From assembly GCA_038237145.1 (NCBI GenBank), contig JBBRZA010000002.1, positions 7,202 to 71,201 on the forward strand: DNA of 64,000 bases. The letters are read 5' to 3'. The position numbers were made by a program, and so were the translations under genes. The notes under the pieces were generated by a model. It was not told the origin of the DNA. It saw only the letters and a list, made by a program, of their open reading frames with translations, and made no database searches. Below are positions 17,496 to 26,647 of this stretch, in pieces. This stretch comes from Gaiellales bacterium. GTDB lineage: Bacteria > Actinomycetota > Thermoleophilia > Gaiellales > Gaiellaceae. Position 1 is the first letter of the stretch; each line of letters begins with the position of its first letter.

Positions 17496-18599
17496 CTAGC
17501 TTAGCCCGGTGATCCGGCCGACGAGGTCCCGCAGACGGGAGGCGAAGTCCTCCGGCGAGACCGTCCAGAGACCGGCGCTCGAGTGCGCTCCTGCACCGAG
17601 CCGCGCGGCCAGCTCCCGCTCGGCGAGGACGCGGACCAGCGCATCGGCGAGGCCGTCCGTGTCGCCCGGTTCGACAAGCAGTCCGTTGCTTTCGTCCTGG
17701 ACGAGATCCGCAATGCCGCCGACGCGGCTGCCCACGACCGGCCGGGCCCGGCAGAATGCCTCGACGATCACCCGGCCCATGCCCTCGGAACGCGACGGCA
17801 GGACGAGCAGAGTCGAATCGTCGAGCGCGGACGCGACGCCGCTCGGCGTCAGGCGCTCCGTCCAGCTCGTCTGCGCCGGCAAATCTCGGACGAGTTGCTC
17901 GACGATGGGTTGCAGCGCTCCCGAGCCGACAACGTGCAGGCGTGTACCGGGAACGCGTGGCGCTGCCCGCCGCCAAGCCTCGGCGAGCCCGTCCACGTTC
18001 TTGTAACGCTCGAGCACGCCGACGAAGAGCGCCTGCGGACGCGTTGGGATCGGCTTCGGCTGCTCCTGTAGGAAGGAGTCGAAGTCCATGTAGGCGGGAA
18101 ACTCGTCCGCCGGCTCGAGGCCGAGATCGCGCACGAGCCCGGTGGTGTAGCCGGTCACCGTGCGGATGCCGTCGGCTCGGCGCAGCGCGCCGAGCGCGAC
18201 GCGGTCGGCGACGGGGCTCAGCACTCCGCGCAGCCGCGAGCCGTAGAGACGAGTCGGTGCACGCCAGTCGCCGTGGAGGTCCGCGATCACGACCGTGTCA
18301 GCGCGCGCAAGCTTGCGCGCGCTCAGCGCGGCTGCAGTCTCGTGTGCACCCTGCGCGAGAACGGCGTGAGGCTTGAAGTGGCGCAGCTCACGCGCGATGC
18401 GGAGAGGCAGCGCCACGAAGAACGCCGGGCCGTCGAGCGCGGGCAACTCTCGCGCCAGGTGGAACGCGCCGTTGCTTCCGCTTCCCCCGGCCAGCACGCG
18501 AAACTCGAGCTCCGCGCCGATCGCGTCCCATTTGCGGGCAAGGCTCGGCGACAGCGGCAGCTCGACGCGCCGCGAGACGAACAGGACTCGCGGCTTCAC
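17496..18599 (-). CDS. GT4 glycosyltransferase
   Basis: MKPRVLFVSRR..., SEGMGRVIVEAF...ESNGLLVEPGD. Confidence 0.85.
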   Translation of the reverse strand: MKPRVLFVSRRVELPLSPSLARKWDAIGAELEFRVLAGGSGSNGAFHLARELPALDGPAFFVALPLRIARELRHFKPHAVLAQGAHETAAALSARKLARADTVVIADLHGDWRAPTRLYGSRLRGVLSPVADRVALGALRRADGIRTVTGYTTGLVRDLGLEPADEFPAYMDFDSFLQEQPKPIPTRPQALFVGVLERYKNVDGLAEAWRRAAPRVPGTRLHVVGSGALQPIVEQLVRDLPAQTSWTERLTPSGVASALDDSTLLVLPSRSEGMGRVIVEAFCRARPVVGSRVGGIADLVQDESNGLLVEPGDTDGLADALVRVLAERELAARLGAGAHSSAGLWTVSPEDFASRLRDLVGRITGLS

Positions 18600-19732
18600 G
18601 CGAGTGCCGCCCGACGCAGCGTTTCTTCCAGTTCGCCGAGCACGCGCTCCGGGGCGTACCGGGCCACCGAGCCGGCCGCAGCGCCGCGCAGGCGCTCGCG
18701 CAGGCTCTCGTCGCCGAAGTAGCGCCGCACCGCCTCGCCCAGCGCAGCAGTGTCGCCCGCGGGAACGAGCAGCCCGTTCTCGCCGTCGCGCACCACCTCT
18801 GCGACGCCCCCTACCGACATCGCGAGCACGGGAGTGCCGGCGGCGAGCGCCTCCACGACCACATGCGGGAAGTTCTCCCAGCTCGACGAGAGAATGGCTG
18901 CGTCGGCTGCTCGGAAGAGCTCGACGATTTGCTCACGCGGCTGCGCGCCGAGGAAGCGGACCCGCTGAGCAATGCCGAGCTCTGCCGCCCGTTCCTCGAG
19001 CTGCTTGCGGTCGGGCCCCTCGCCTGCGATCACGAGCTGCACTCCGTCGGCCCCGGCGACCGCCTCGAGCGCGCGCCCCAGCGACTTCTGCGCAGTCAGC
19101 CGCCCTGCGAATGCGAGGGTCGCTCCGTTGAGCCCGAGCGTGCGCCGCAGCTCGTCCCGCGCCGGCAGGTCGGGCGGCAGAACCGGCGCCGGGTTCGGCA
19201 GGACGCTCACCCGGTCCGCTGCGACACCCCACCTGAGGGCGAGCTCACGGAGATACGCGCTCGGAGTGAACACGTGCGCGGCATGTCGCAGCTCGACGTC
19301 GCGCGCGAAGCGCAGGAGCGCAACCCCGGCCCCGGCCCGCCGACGCTGGAACTCGTCCACGTCGCCCTCGACGAGACCGCGCCGCCGCGACCGCTCGAAC
19401 GCCGGGTCGGCCGTGAGCTTGACAACGTAGGGCTTACGCGCCACAGCCGATCCGACAGCACTGCGGCCGAACATGCCGGTCGTGTAGACGACGTCCACTT
19501 CGCGCGCGCGGTGGCGAATGAGCGACGCGCCGCGAAAGTGCCGGACGCCGACGCGGTGGCGCCGCGGCACAGCGCGCACGGGATACGGACGGGTGTCCGG
19601 AGGTGCGTCCGAAGTCGTGACGACCTCTACCTCATGACCGCGGCCACGCAGAAACTCGGCCACGTCAGGCGCATGACTGGCCGGCCCGCCGACGTCCGGC
19701 GGCCAGATCCCGGAAACGATCAATACCCTCAC
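18596..19732 (-). CDS. GT4 glycosyltransferase
   Basis: Start re-set to GTG 19732 (VRVLIVSGIWPPDVGGPASH), in a GTGA overlap with the wzx stop. WENFPHVVVEALAAGTPVL...ENGLLVPAGD. Confidence 0.85.
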   Translation of the reverse strand: MRVLIVSGIWPPDVGGPASHAPDVAEFLRGRGHEVEVVTTSDAPPDTRPYPVRAVPRRHRVGVRHFRGASLIRHRAREVDVVYTTGMFGRSAVGSAVARKPYVVKLTADPAFERSRRRGLVEGDVDEFQRRRAGAGVALLRFARDVELRHAAHVFTPSAYLRELALRWGVAADRVSVLPNPAPVLPPDLPARDELRRTLGLNGATLAFAGRLTAQKSLGRALEAVAGADGVQLVIAGEGPDRKQLEERAAELGIAQRVRFLGAQPREQIVELFRAADAAILSSSWENFPHVVVEALAAGTPVLAMSVGGVAEVVRDGENGLLVPAGDTAALGEAVRRYFGDESLRERLRGAAAGSVARYAPERVLGELEETLRRAALA

Positions 19733-21036
19733 GGAAGAAAGACAGCCTCGGGTCGAGGGGGATGTGTTCCCTGGCTTGCCGGTTCGCGCCGTATCCGCAG
19801 AAAAAGCCCCGTCCAGAAAGCGATGAACACCACTGTGGAGACGAGCACCGCGCCTGCTGCGCCGGTCGCCCCCCACGCCGACCCGAGAACGACGACGAGC
19901 GGGATGAGAACGAGTGTCTCGATTCCGTGTGCCCAGATCCGTAGTTTCGGCCGCCCGATCGAGACCGGAAAGCTCTTCGTCCAGCCGAAGACGAACTGCA
20001 ATGCGCCAGCAACGACGATCAGGCGAAGCGCGTCCGTCGCGCCGACGTTCTTGGACGTGAAGAACAGCCGAACCAGGTCGGGCGCCAACCACAGCAGGAG
20101 TGGCCCCGCGACAAGGACTGCAGCGGCAGCGCCGAGCGAATAACGGCGCACACCTGCGAAAACCGACTCGCGCGTGCCACGCTCCCAGGCCCGGGTCTGC
20201 TCCGTCAACAGCACCAGCCGCGCCGGCGCGGAAAGCGCCGCGAAACCTTGCAGGGGCGCCTGTGCGACGCGAAAATACCCGACTTGGTTGGGCGACGAGA
20301 CGACACCCAGAAGCAAAGGGCTCAGCGTGCCTCGCAGCGCAACGACACCGGTTGCGAGGGTGGACTGCATGACGAAGCGCGTGATCTCCGGACGCTCCTC
20401 GCCGATCTCAACGGCGGCAACACGGGGATTGCGCCTGAACGCCGCCCAGCCGGCGCCGAGCACTGCCGCTGTCGCCAGGACCTGCGCGACGACGATGGCG
20501 GCGATCGTCTCGGGGAGCCCGTACCGCGTGCCAATCGCAATCGCTCCGAGCCGCAACGCCATCGAAACGAAGAGAAAGAACGCACGGATGTCGTAACGGC
20601 CGCGAAGAATGAGGGCGACTCCGCCAACGTTCTCGGGTGCCTGCGCAAGAGGCAAAGCGGCCGCGATCAGCATCGGCGTCAGCAGGCGATCGTCGCCGAA
20701 GAGCGTGTGCGCAGCCGGCGCCAGTGCAAGCAGACACAAACCGGCCACCACTCCCCCGGCGAGCTTCAATTGCAGCGCCCGGCCGAACAGGCGCCTCAGC
20801 CGCCCCCAGTCCTCCCGCTCCTGGAAGCGGAAGCCGTACTTGACCAGCGCCTCTTCGATCGTGAGGTCGAGCAAGGTCTGAAAGAACCCCGTGGCCGCGA
20901 TGACGATGGCGTATAGGCCGAGTAGGCGCGTCGTGAACGCGTGGGCAACGATCACCGTCCCGAGGAAGCCGAGGACGACCGAGGCATAGATCCCAGCGGC
21001 TGCCGCCGACCGGCGCCAGAAGAGCCGCGAGCGCAT
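19729..21036 (-). CDS. wzx: Wzx-type polysaccharide/oligosaccharide flippase (MOP superfamily)
   Basis: About 435 aa, 12-14 hydrophobic helices. Start at ATG 21036 (MRSRLFWRRSAAAAGIYASVVLGF) or ATG 21048. The track start at 21231 would run through the divergent gene. Confidence 0.75.
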   Translation of the reverse strand: MRSRLFWRRSAAAAGIYASVVLGFLGTVIVAHAFTTRLLGLYAIVIAATGFFQTLLDLTIEEALVKYGFRFQEREDWGRLRRLFGRALQLKLAGGVVAGLCLLALAPAAHTLFGDDRLLTPMLIAAALPLAQAPENVGGVALILRGRYDIRAFFLFVSMALRLGAIAIGTRYGLPETIAAIVVAQVLATAAVLGAGWAAFRRNPRVAAVEIGEERPEITRFVMQSTLATGVVALRGTLSPLLLGVVSSPNQVGYFRVAQAPLQGFAALSAPARLVLLTEQTRAWERGTRESVFAGVRRYSLGAAAAVLVAGPLLLWLAPDLVRLFFTSKNVGATDALRLIVVAGALQFVFGWTKSFPVSIGRPKLRIWAHGIETLVLIPLVVVLGSAWGATGAAGAVLVSTVVFIAFWTGLFLRIRREPASQGTHPPRPEAVFLP

Positions 21037-21048
21037 CAGAACGACCAT

Positions 21049-21070
21049 TCTAGGGAGTGCCTTACCTAGA
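21049..21070. promoter_or_regulatory. inverted repeat TCTAGG-N10-CCTAGA in the roughly 30-bp wzx / wzy-like divergent spacer (candidate operator)
   Basis: Perfect 6-bp arms at 21049-21054 and 21065-21070 in a locally AT-richer spacer. It overlaps the TAGACT hexamer. Confidence 0.3.
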
Positions 21071-21072
21071 CT
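21067..21072 (+). promoter_or_regulatory. -10-like hexamer TAGACT, 6 nt upstream of ATG 21079
   Basis: Plus strand reads TAGACT CGTTCC ATG. Confidence 0.4.
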
Positions 21073-21078
21073 CGTTCC

Positions 21079-22413
21079 ATGGCCGTGGCGGAGACCCTGG
21101 CGCTGAGGGCGCGCTCCGTAGCACGCTCCGGCATCAGCCCTGGTCCCGCGGCCCTCGCCCTCGCAGTTCCGTTCCTGTTCCTGCACATCAAGTACCAGCC
21201 GGGCGTGAGGGTGCCGCTCGGGTCCACCCACCTCGGGCTCGAGCTGTCGGATGTGGCGGTCGTCGTCGTGGCGCTCGTCGCCCTGCGAGAGGGGTTGCGG
21301 ACCGGCTTCGCGCCTCTGCGCGCCGCACTGCCGCTGTGGGTCGCGTCAGCTGCGTTGCTCCTGTGGATCTTCATTCGCTCGGGCTCGCTCGAGCACTTCG
21401 TCACCGCGACGAAGTTCTCGGAGTACGCCCTGCTCGCGCTCTCCGCTCCGCTGATCCTCCGGCGCCGCACCGACTGGGAGTTAGTCGCTGCGGCGGTCGT
21501 TGCGTGGAGCGTCGTGGCGACCTGCTTCGGACTCCTGCAGTTCCTGGGCGTCGACATGGCCGAAGCCTGGGCCGCCGGGCGGCGGCAACCGTCGTTCCTC
21601 GGCCACTCGGACTTCGCCGCGCTCTCGGCGCTGGCGCTCGGGATCGGGCTCGCTGCCGTCCTCCTTGCCGGCAAGCGGATCGGCTGGACGGCGGTCGCAA
21701 CCGGTGGGATCGGCCTGATCCTGTCTGGGGCGACAGCGGGGCTGATCGGGATCGTCGCGGCAACGGCAGCCTTCCTGTACGCCGTCTCGCGCCGGCGCCG
21801 CCTTGCGTTGCGCGACGTCGCGGTGAGCGGCATCGTCGTCGGAGTCGTCGCGATGGGCATTCTCGTTTTACGCGCCGGCGACTTCGAGAACTTCCTGCGC
21901 TTCGTGCATCTCAAGGGAAAGGAGGCGCAGACCACTGACATCCAGACCTACTCGCACCACACGCTGCTCGCGTACATCGGCTACCGAATCTGGCGCGACC
22001 ATCCCATCGTCGGCGCGGGTTGGCAGGCGTCCACCGATCCCGAGGTGGTCGACCCCCAGCTGCCCGCCGCGCGCAAGAAGTTCCCGGACGTCGCCCCGCT
22101 GGCCTTTCCGACCCGCGAGCACGAGTGGGGCGTCCAGAACGCGTATGTCCAGGCCGCCGCGGACCTCGGCTTGATCGGCCTCGCCCTCTGGCTGGCACCG
22201 TTCGCACTAGCGGTCATGCTCGCCTTCCGCGCGAATGCCCCGCCGGGAGCCGTGGCGGCCTTCACGATCCTCTCGGCGATGGGAATCTGGGGCGGACAGG
22301 GCCTCGTGGCCGGAATTCCCCTGGACGCGGTCACCTGGCTCGGCTTCGGCCTCGCGGCCACGGCGGCTGCGCAGAGGAGTCAGGCGCCTCCTCAGGGAAA
22401 ATGGCAGGGATGA
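21079..22413 (+). CDS. O-antigen ligase/polymerase-like membrane protein (Wzy_C domain family)
   Basis: 444 aa, polytopic, with a large loop. HEWGVQNAYVQAAADLGLIGLALWL matches the H-N-x-Y...E/D-x-G-x-x-G signature of Wzy_C/O-antigen ligase proteins. Confidence 0.75.
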   Translation: MAVAETLALRARSVARSGISPGPAALALAVPFLFLHIKYQPGVRVPLGSTHLGLELSDVAVVVVALVALREGLRTGFAPLRAALPLWVASAALLLWIFIRSGSLEHFVTATKFSEYALLALSAPLILRRRTDWELVAAAVVAWSVVATCFGLLQFLGVDMAEAWAAGRRQPSFLGHSDFAALSALALGIGLAAVLLAGKRIGWTAVATGGIGLILSGATAGLIGIVAATAAFLYAVSRRRRLALRDVAVSGIVVGVVAMGILVLRAGDFENFLRFVHLKGKEAQTTDIQTYSHHTLLAYIGYRIWRDHPIVGAGWQASTDPEVVDPQLPAARKKFPDVAPLAFPTREHEWGVQNAYVQAAADLGLIGLALWLAPFALAVMLAFRANAPPGAVAAFTILSAMGIWGGQGLVAGIPLDAVTWLGFGLAATAAAQRSQAPPQGKWQG

Positions 22414-23339
22414 AGGCGTTGGTGACAGGCGGAGCCGGGTTCATCGGCTCGAATCTCGTGGATGCGCTCGTCGAGCGGGGCGACGAGGTCCGCGTGCTCG
22501 ACAACTTCTCGACCGGCAACCGGGCGAATCTCGAAGGCCTCGACGTCGAGGTTGTCGAAGGGGAACTTCGCTCCTACGAGCGCGTCCACGCCGCGGTGCG
22601 CGGCGTCGAGGTCGTGTACCACCTCGGCGCGCTCGGATCCGTGCCGCGCTCCGTGCAGGACCCGCTCACGTCGAGCGCCGTGAACATCGAAGGCACGCTC
22701 AACGTGCTACTGGCAGCGCGCGACGAAGGCGTGCGGCGCGTGATCTTCTCATCCTCCACGTCCGTCTACGGATCGAGCCGGGAGCTCCCGACGTCGGAGT
22801 CGACTCCCCTCGACCCGATCTCTCCCTACGGCGTGGCGAAACTTGCGGCGGAGCGGTACTGCATCAGCTTCGGCCGCGTCTACGACTCCTTCGAGACCGT
22901 CGTCCTCAGATACTTCAACGTGTTTGGACCGCGGCAAAGCCCCTACTCGCAGTACGCCGCGGCCATTCCGCTCTTCATCGCGGCCATCGACCAGGGCGAG
23001 CCGGTCACCATCTATGGCGACGGCGAGCAGTCGCGTGACTTCACGTACGTCGGCAACGTAGTCGACGCCACGATACGAGCGGCGGATGCGACCGACGCCA
23101 GCGGACGCACGTTCAACGTTGCCGCGGGCTCACCCGCGAGCGTGAACCACGTCGCGGAGACGATCGGCGTCATTCTCGGCAAGCCGGTCGAGAAGCGCTA
23201 CGAGCCGCCGCGTCCGGGAGACATCCGAGATTCGTGGGCGGACATCTCCTCGGCTCGCGAACTGCTCGGCTACGAGCCGCGCATCGACCTCGCCGCAGGG
23301 CTCGAGCTCACGGCCGAGGCGATCGTTGCCCGAGTCTGA
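22410..23339 (+). CDS. NAD-dependent NDP-sugar 4-epimerase (extended SDR, WbpP/TviC-like)
   Basis: ATGA overlap at 22410 (MKALVTGGAGFIGSNL); alternative ATG 22401. SPYGVAKL (YxxxK), RYFNVFGPRQ, IYGDGEQSRDFTYV. Confidence 0.85.
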   Translation: MKALVTGGAGFIGSNLVDALVERGDEVRVLDNFSTGNRANLEGLDVEVVEGELRSYERVHAAVRGVEVVYHLGALGSVPRSVQDPLTSSAVNIEGTLNVLLAARDEGVRRVIFSSSTSVYGSSRELPTSESTPLDPISPYGVAKLAAERYCISFGRVYDSFETVVLRYFNVFGPRQSPYSQYAAAIPLFIAAIDQGEPVTIYGDGEQSRDFTYVGNVVDATIRAADATDASGRTFNVAAGSPASVNHVAETIGVILGKPVEKRYEPPRPGDIRDSWADISSARELLGYEPRIDLAAGLELTAEAIVARV

Positions 23340-24525
23340 CAAGCCAATCAAAATCCTCCGCGTCATCGCGCGGCTCAACATGGGCGGGCCGGCGCTGCAT
23401 GTCGCGTACCTGACGGAGGGCCTCAGGAAGCGCGGCTACGACACGACGCTGGTCGCGGGCTCGCTCGCCCGGGGAGAGGATTCGATGGCCTTCGTCGCCA
23501 CCGCGCGTGGCGTCGAGGTCGTGCGGATCGACGAGCTCGGCCGCGAGATCTCTCCGTTGCGAGACCTGATGGCGACGATCCGGCTCGCCCGGCTGATCAG
23601 AAAGGAGCGCCCGCAGATCCTCCACACCCACACCGCCAAGGCGGGCACCGTCGGTCGTGTCGCCGCGCGGCTGGCCGGCTCGCGGAGGCCGCCGATCGTC
23701 GTCCATACGTTCCACGGCCACGTCCTCCGGGGCTATTTCGGGCCCGTGCGCACGCTCCTCTTCCGGTTGCTCGAACGCTGGCTCGCCGGTGGCACGACGG
23801 CGCTCATTGCGGTGAGTCCGCAGGTTCGCGACGACCTCGTCGCCCTCGGCGTCGCTCCCCGGGAGCGCTTCGTCGTCATTCGGCTCGGCATCGAACTGGA
23901 CGAGCGCGTTACCCCGGAACAGAACGGCCGCGCCGAGAGCCGGCGCTATCTCGGCATCCCCGGCGACCGCTTCGCCGTCGGCTGGATCGGCCGCATGACG
24001 GCGGTGAAGCGAACGGACGACGTGTTGATCGCCTTCAAGAGCCTGCGCGACGGCGGTGTCGACGCCGTGTTGTGCATGGTCGGCGACGGCCCCGACCGAC
24101 TGCAGCTGGAACAGCGCGCGCACGAGCTCGGCGTCGCCCGCGACACGGTCTTCCTCGGTTATCAGGAAGACGTCGCGCCCTTCTACGCAGCCTTCGACGT
24201 GCTGGTGCTCCCGTCGGGGAACGAGGGGACGCCGGTGACCGTCATCGAGGCCCTTGCGGCGGAGCGTCCCGTCGTAGCCACACGCGTCGGCGGTGTCCCT
24301 GACGTCGTCCGAGACGGCGAGGACGGCTTCCTGGTCGAAGCAGGAGCGACCGACGACCTCGCCGACCGGCTCGGCCGGCTCGCACGCGATCCCGCCTTAC
24401 GTGCGCGCATGGGCAAGAAAGGCCGTGAGCGCGTGCTGCCGCGCTATGCGGTGGAGCGGCTCGTGGACGACATCGACGAGCTCTACAAGTCGCTGCTCAG
24501 TGCGGGAGGCCGGCGAAGACGCTGA
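23326..24525 (+). CDS. GT4 glycosyltransferase
   Basis: ILRVIARLNMGGPALHV, ILHTHTAKAG, NEGTPVTVIEALAAERPVV...EDGFLVE. Confidence 0.85.
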   Translation: MPESDKPIKILRVIARLNMGGPALHVAYLTEGLRKRGYDTTLVAGSLARGEDSMAFVATARGVEVVRIDELGREISPLRDLMATIRLARLIRKERPQILHTHTAKAGTVGRVAARLAGSRRPPIVVHTFHGHVLRGYFGPVRTLLFRLLERWLAGGTTALIAVSPQVRDDLVALGVAPRERFVVIRLGIELDERVTPEQNGRAESRRYLGIPGDRFAVGWIGRMTAVKRTDDVLIAFKSLRDGGVDAVLCMVGDGPDRLQLEQRAHELGVARDTVFLGYQEDVAPFYAAFDVLVLPSGNEGTPVTVIEALAAERPVVATRVGGVPDVVRDGEDGFLVEAGATDDLADRLGRLARDPALRARMGKKGRERVLPRYAVERLVDDIDELYKSLLSAGGRRRR

Positions 24526-25621
24526 ACGACGGCTTCTTCTTCCCGGCAGCGGTAAGGAAGCCGGACTGCCACCCGATCGAGAGATTCGTGTCGTCGCGGA
24601 GCATGAACCACACCATCATGTCGATGCGCGGGTTCGCACGGGCGATCGCATACGACTGGCGCACGTAAGCCGCCTGTCGGGCAAACGAGACGCCGAAAAG
24701 AGCATCAGGCGGGCGCGTCTGCCAACCGTACTCGGTGATCCAGATGCGCTTCTTGCCCCAGAGCTTGTTCACGGCGGTGATGAGCGTGTTGATGTTTCCA
24801 AGCTCCACCGCGGAGCCACCGGGACGCGTTGCCGGCGTTTCGCTCGGCCGGCTGTAGTACGGATGGTGCGCGTACGCGTCGAGGTTCCGGAGCCCGGCGC
24901 GGCGGGCGAGCGTCATGAATGCAACGGGCGACAACGAGGGCCGGCTCGAGCGCGGAGCGTTGTTCCCGCGTGGCCCGGTCGCCCCGCAGGCGACCTTCTC
25001 GCCCGCGAAGTTCGTGAAATGCACGCCCTGCCAGATTGCCGTGCAGATCCGCGCGTAGGAGCGCGGGCTTGTGAAGCCGCCGCCGGAGGTCTGCTTCAGC
25101 CAGTTCGGATTGTTGGGCTCGTTCCACGCAAGCCAGTACTTCACCGCCGGTAAGTAGGTCTCGTCGAACTGGTCTGTGTTGGGGATGTACTGACCGCTGT
25201 ACCGAGTCGCCGCTGCATACGCGAAGTTACGCAGGTCTGTGTAGTTGCTCGGCGGGACGTTGCGCGCGCCGCCGCCGTTCGCCCAGGAGGGCGTGAACAG
25301 GATCGTGAGCAAGACCTGCATGCCGTTCTGCCCCGCGTAGCGAATCGCGCGGTCGTAAAGGTCCCAGTCATACGCAGGATCAGCGGGATCCTGCGAATGC
25401 GCCGGACGCCTCTTGGCGACGTCATTCCAGTTCAGGTTGATGCGCACGATCTGGGTGCGCAACTGCTTCAGGGTCCCGAACGTGAAGGTTGGATTGCCAC
25501 GGAGCGTCATGGCGTCGTCCTGGATGCCGACCAGCATGTGCGGCTTGGCCTGCGCCGCGGGCACAGCTAGACCGGCAGCGACGAGAACGATCGCCGCCGC
25601 GACCCCGATACGCCTAAGCAA
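24497..25621 (-). CDS. secreted clan GH-A (TIM-barrel) glycoside hydrolase
   Basis: Start re-set to TTG 25621, giving the signal peptide (M)[33 protein letters not shown] (acid/base NEP) and IWITEYGW (nucleophile TE) motifs. Confidence 0.7.
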   Translation of the reverse strand: MLRRIGVAAAIVLVAAGLAVPAAQAKPHMLVGIQDDAMTLRGNPTFTFGTLKQLRTQIVRINLNWNDVAKRRPAHSQDPADPAYDWDLYDRAIRYAGQNGMQVLLTILFTPSWANGGGARNVPPSNYTDLRNFAYAAATRYSGQYIPNTDQFDETYLPAVKYWLAWNEPNNPNWLKQTSGGGFTSPRSYARICTAIWQGVHFTNFAGEKVACGATGPRGNNAPRSSRPSLSPVAFMTLARRAGLRNLDAYAHHPYYSRPSETPATRPGGSAVELGNINTLITAVNKLWGKKRIWITEYGWQTRPPDALFGVSFARQAAYVRQSYAIARANPRIDMMVWFMLRDDTNLSIGWQSGFLTAAGKKKPSFSVFAGLPH

Positions 25622-26552
25622 CGACCGGCTCCCGTCCGAAACTCGGCAGCATGCGGCGCAAGCCTTCCTCGAGTTGAATCTTGGGCTCCCAGCCGAGGAG
25701 CTGGCGCGCACGGGTGATGTCGGGCTGGCGGACCTGCGGGTCGTCGACGGGCAGTGCCTCGTAGACGAGCTCGCTCTTCGAGCCGGTGATGCGGAGGACG
25801 GTCTCCGCCAGCTCGTTGAGCGTGAACTCGGTCGGGTTGCCAATGTTGACAGGGAGATGCTCGCCTGACTCGGCGAGCGCCACGAGCCCGCGAATGAGGT
25901 CGTCGACGTAGCAGAAGCTGCGCGTCTGGGAGCCGTCGCCGAACACCGTCAAGGGCTTGCCCTCAAGAGCCTGTCTGACAAACGTGGGAACCGCGCGGCC
26001 GTCGCTCGGGCGCATCCGCGGGCCATAGGTGTTGAAGATCCGCGCGATCGAGGTGTCGACGCCCTGCTGGGTGTGGTACGCCATCGCCATCGCCTCGGCA
26101 TAGCGCTTGGCCTCGTCGTAGACACCGCGGGGCCCGATCGGGTTGACGTTGCCCCAGTAGGTCTCCGGCTGCGGGTGCACCTGCGGGTCGCCGTAGACCT
26201 CACTCGTCGAGGCGAGCAGAAAGCGGGCACGCTTGAACTTCGCCAGCCCTAGCGCGTTGTGCGTTCCGTAGGAGCCCACTTTGAGCGAGTGCAGGGGCAT
26301 GCGCAGGTAGTCGATGGGGCTCGCCAGAGCCGCGAGGTGGTAGACGGCGTCGACCGGCTCCTCGATCTTCAGGTAGTGGGTCACGTCCTGGTTGATGAAG
26401 AGGAAGTTGTCGCCGCGCAGGTGCTCGATGTTCTGAAGCGACCCGGTGTCGAGGTTGTCGATACAGACGACGCGGTAGTCCTTCGAGATGAGGTAATCGC
26501 AGAGGTGCGAGCCGAGGAACCCGGCACCACCAGTCACAACTGCGGTCGGCAT
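25614..26552 (-). CDS. uxs: UDP-glucuronate decarboxylase (UDP-xylose synthase)
   Basis: [77 protein letters not shown] very typical UXS signature. Confidence 0.9.
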   Translation of the reverse strand: MPTAVVTGGAGFLGSHLCDYLISKDYRVVCIDNLDTGSLQNIEHLRGDNFLFINQDVTHYLKIEEPVDAVYHLAALASPIDYLRMPLHSLKVGSYGTHNALGLAKFKRARFLLASTSEVYGDPQVHPQPETYWGNVNPIGPRGVYDEAKRYAEAMAMAYHTQQGVDTSIARIFNTYGPRMRPSDGRAVPTFVRQALEGKPLTVFGDGSQTRSFCYVDDLIRGLVALAESGEHLPVNIGNPTEFTLNELAETVLRITGSKSELVYEALPVDDPQVRQPDITRARQLLGWEPKIQLEEGLRRMLPSFGREPVVA

Positions 26553-26559
26553 CGGGGGG

Positions 26560-26565
26560 ATGCTA
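26560..26565 (-). promoter_or_regulatory. -10-like hexamer TAGCAT, 7 nt upstream of ATG 26552
   Basis: Minus strand reads TAGCAT CCCCCCG ATG. Confidence 0.4.
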
Positions 26566-26635
26566 CCGGGGCGCCTTTCGCCCGGCCGCAGACTTTACGA
26601 GGGCTTTACAGGGGTCCGGTGCTTTCCTGACGGGC

Positions 26636-26641
26636 TAGGCT
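26636..26641 (+). promoter_or_regulatory. -10-like hexamer TAGGCT, 6 nt upstream of GTG 26648
   Basis: Plus strand reads TAGGCT GGCGCG GTG. Confidence 0.4.
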
Positions 26642-26647
26642 GGCGCG

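Noticed and set aside
20248-21941. ORFs antisense to or off-frame with wzx and the wzy-like gene (20248-20916, 21057-21938, 21066-21941)
   Set aside because: Shadow composition. The selected frames give polytopic membrane proteins with the expected signatures.
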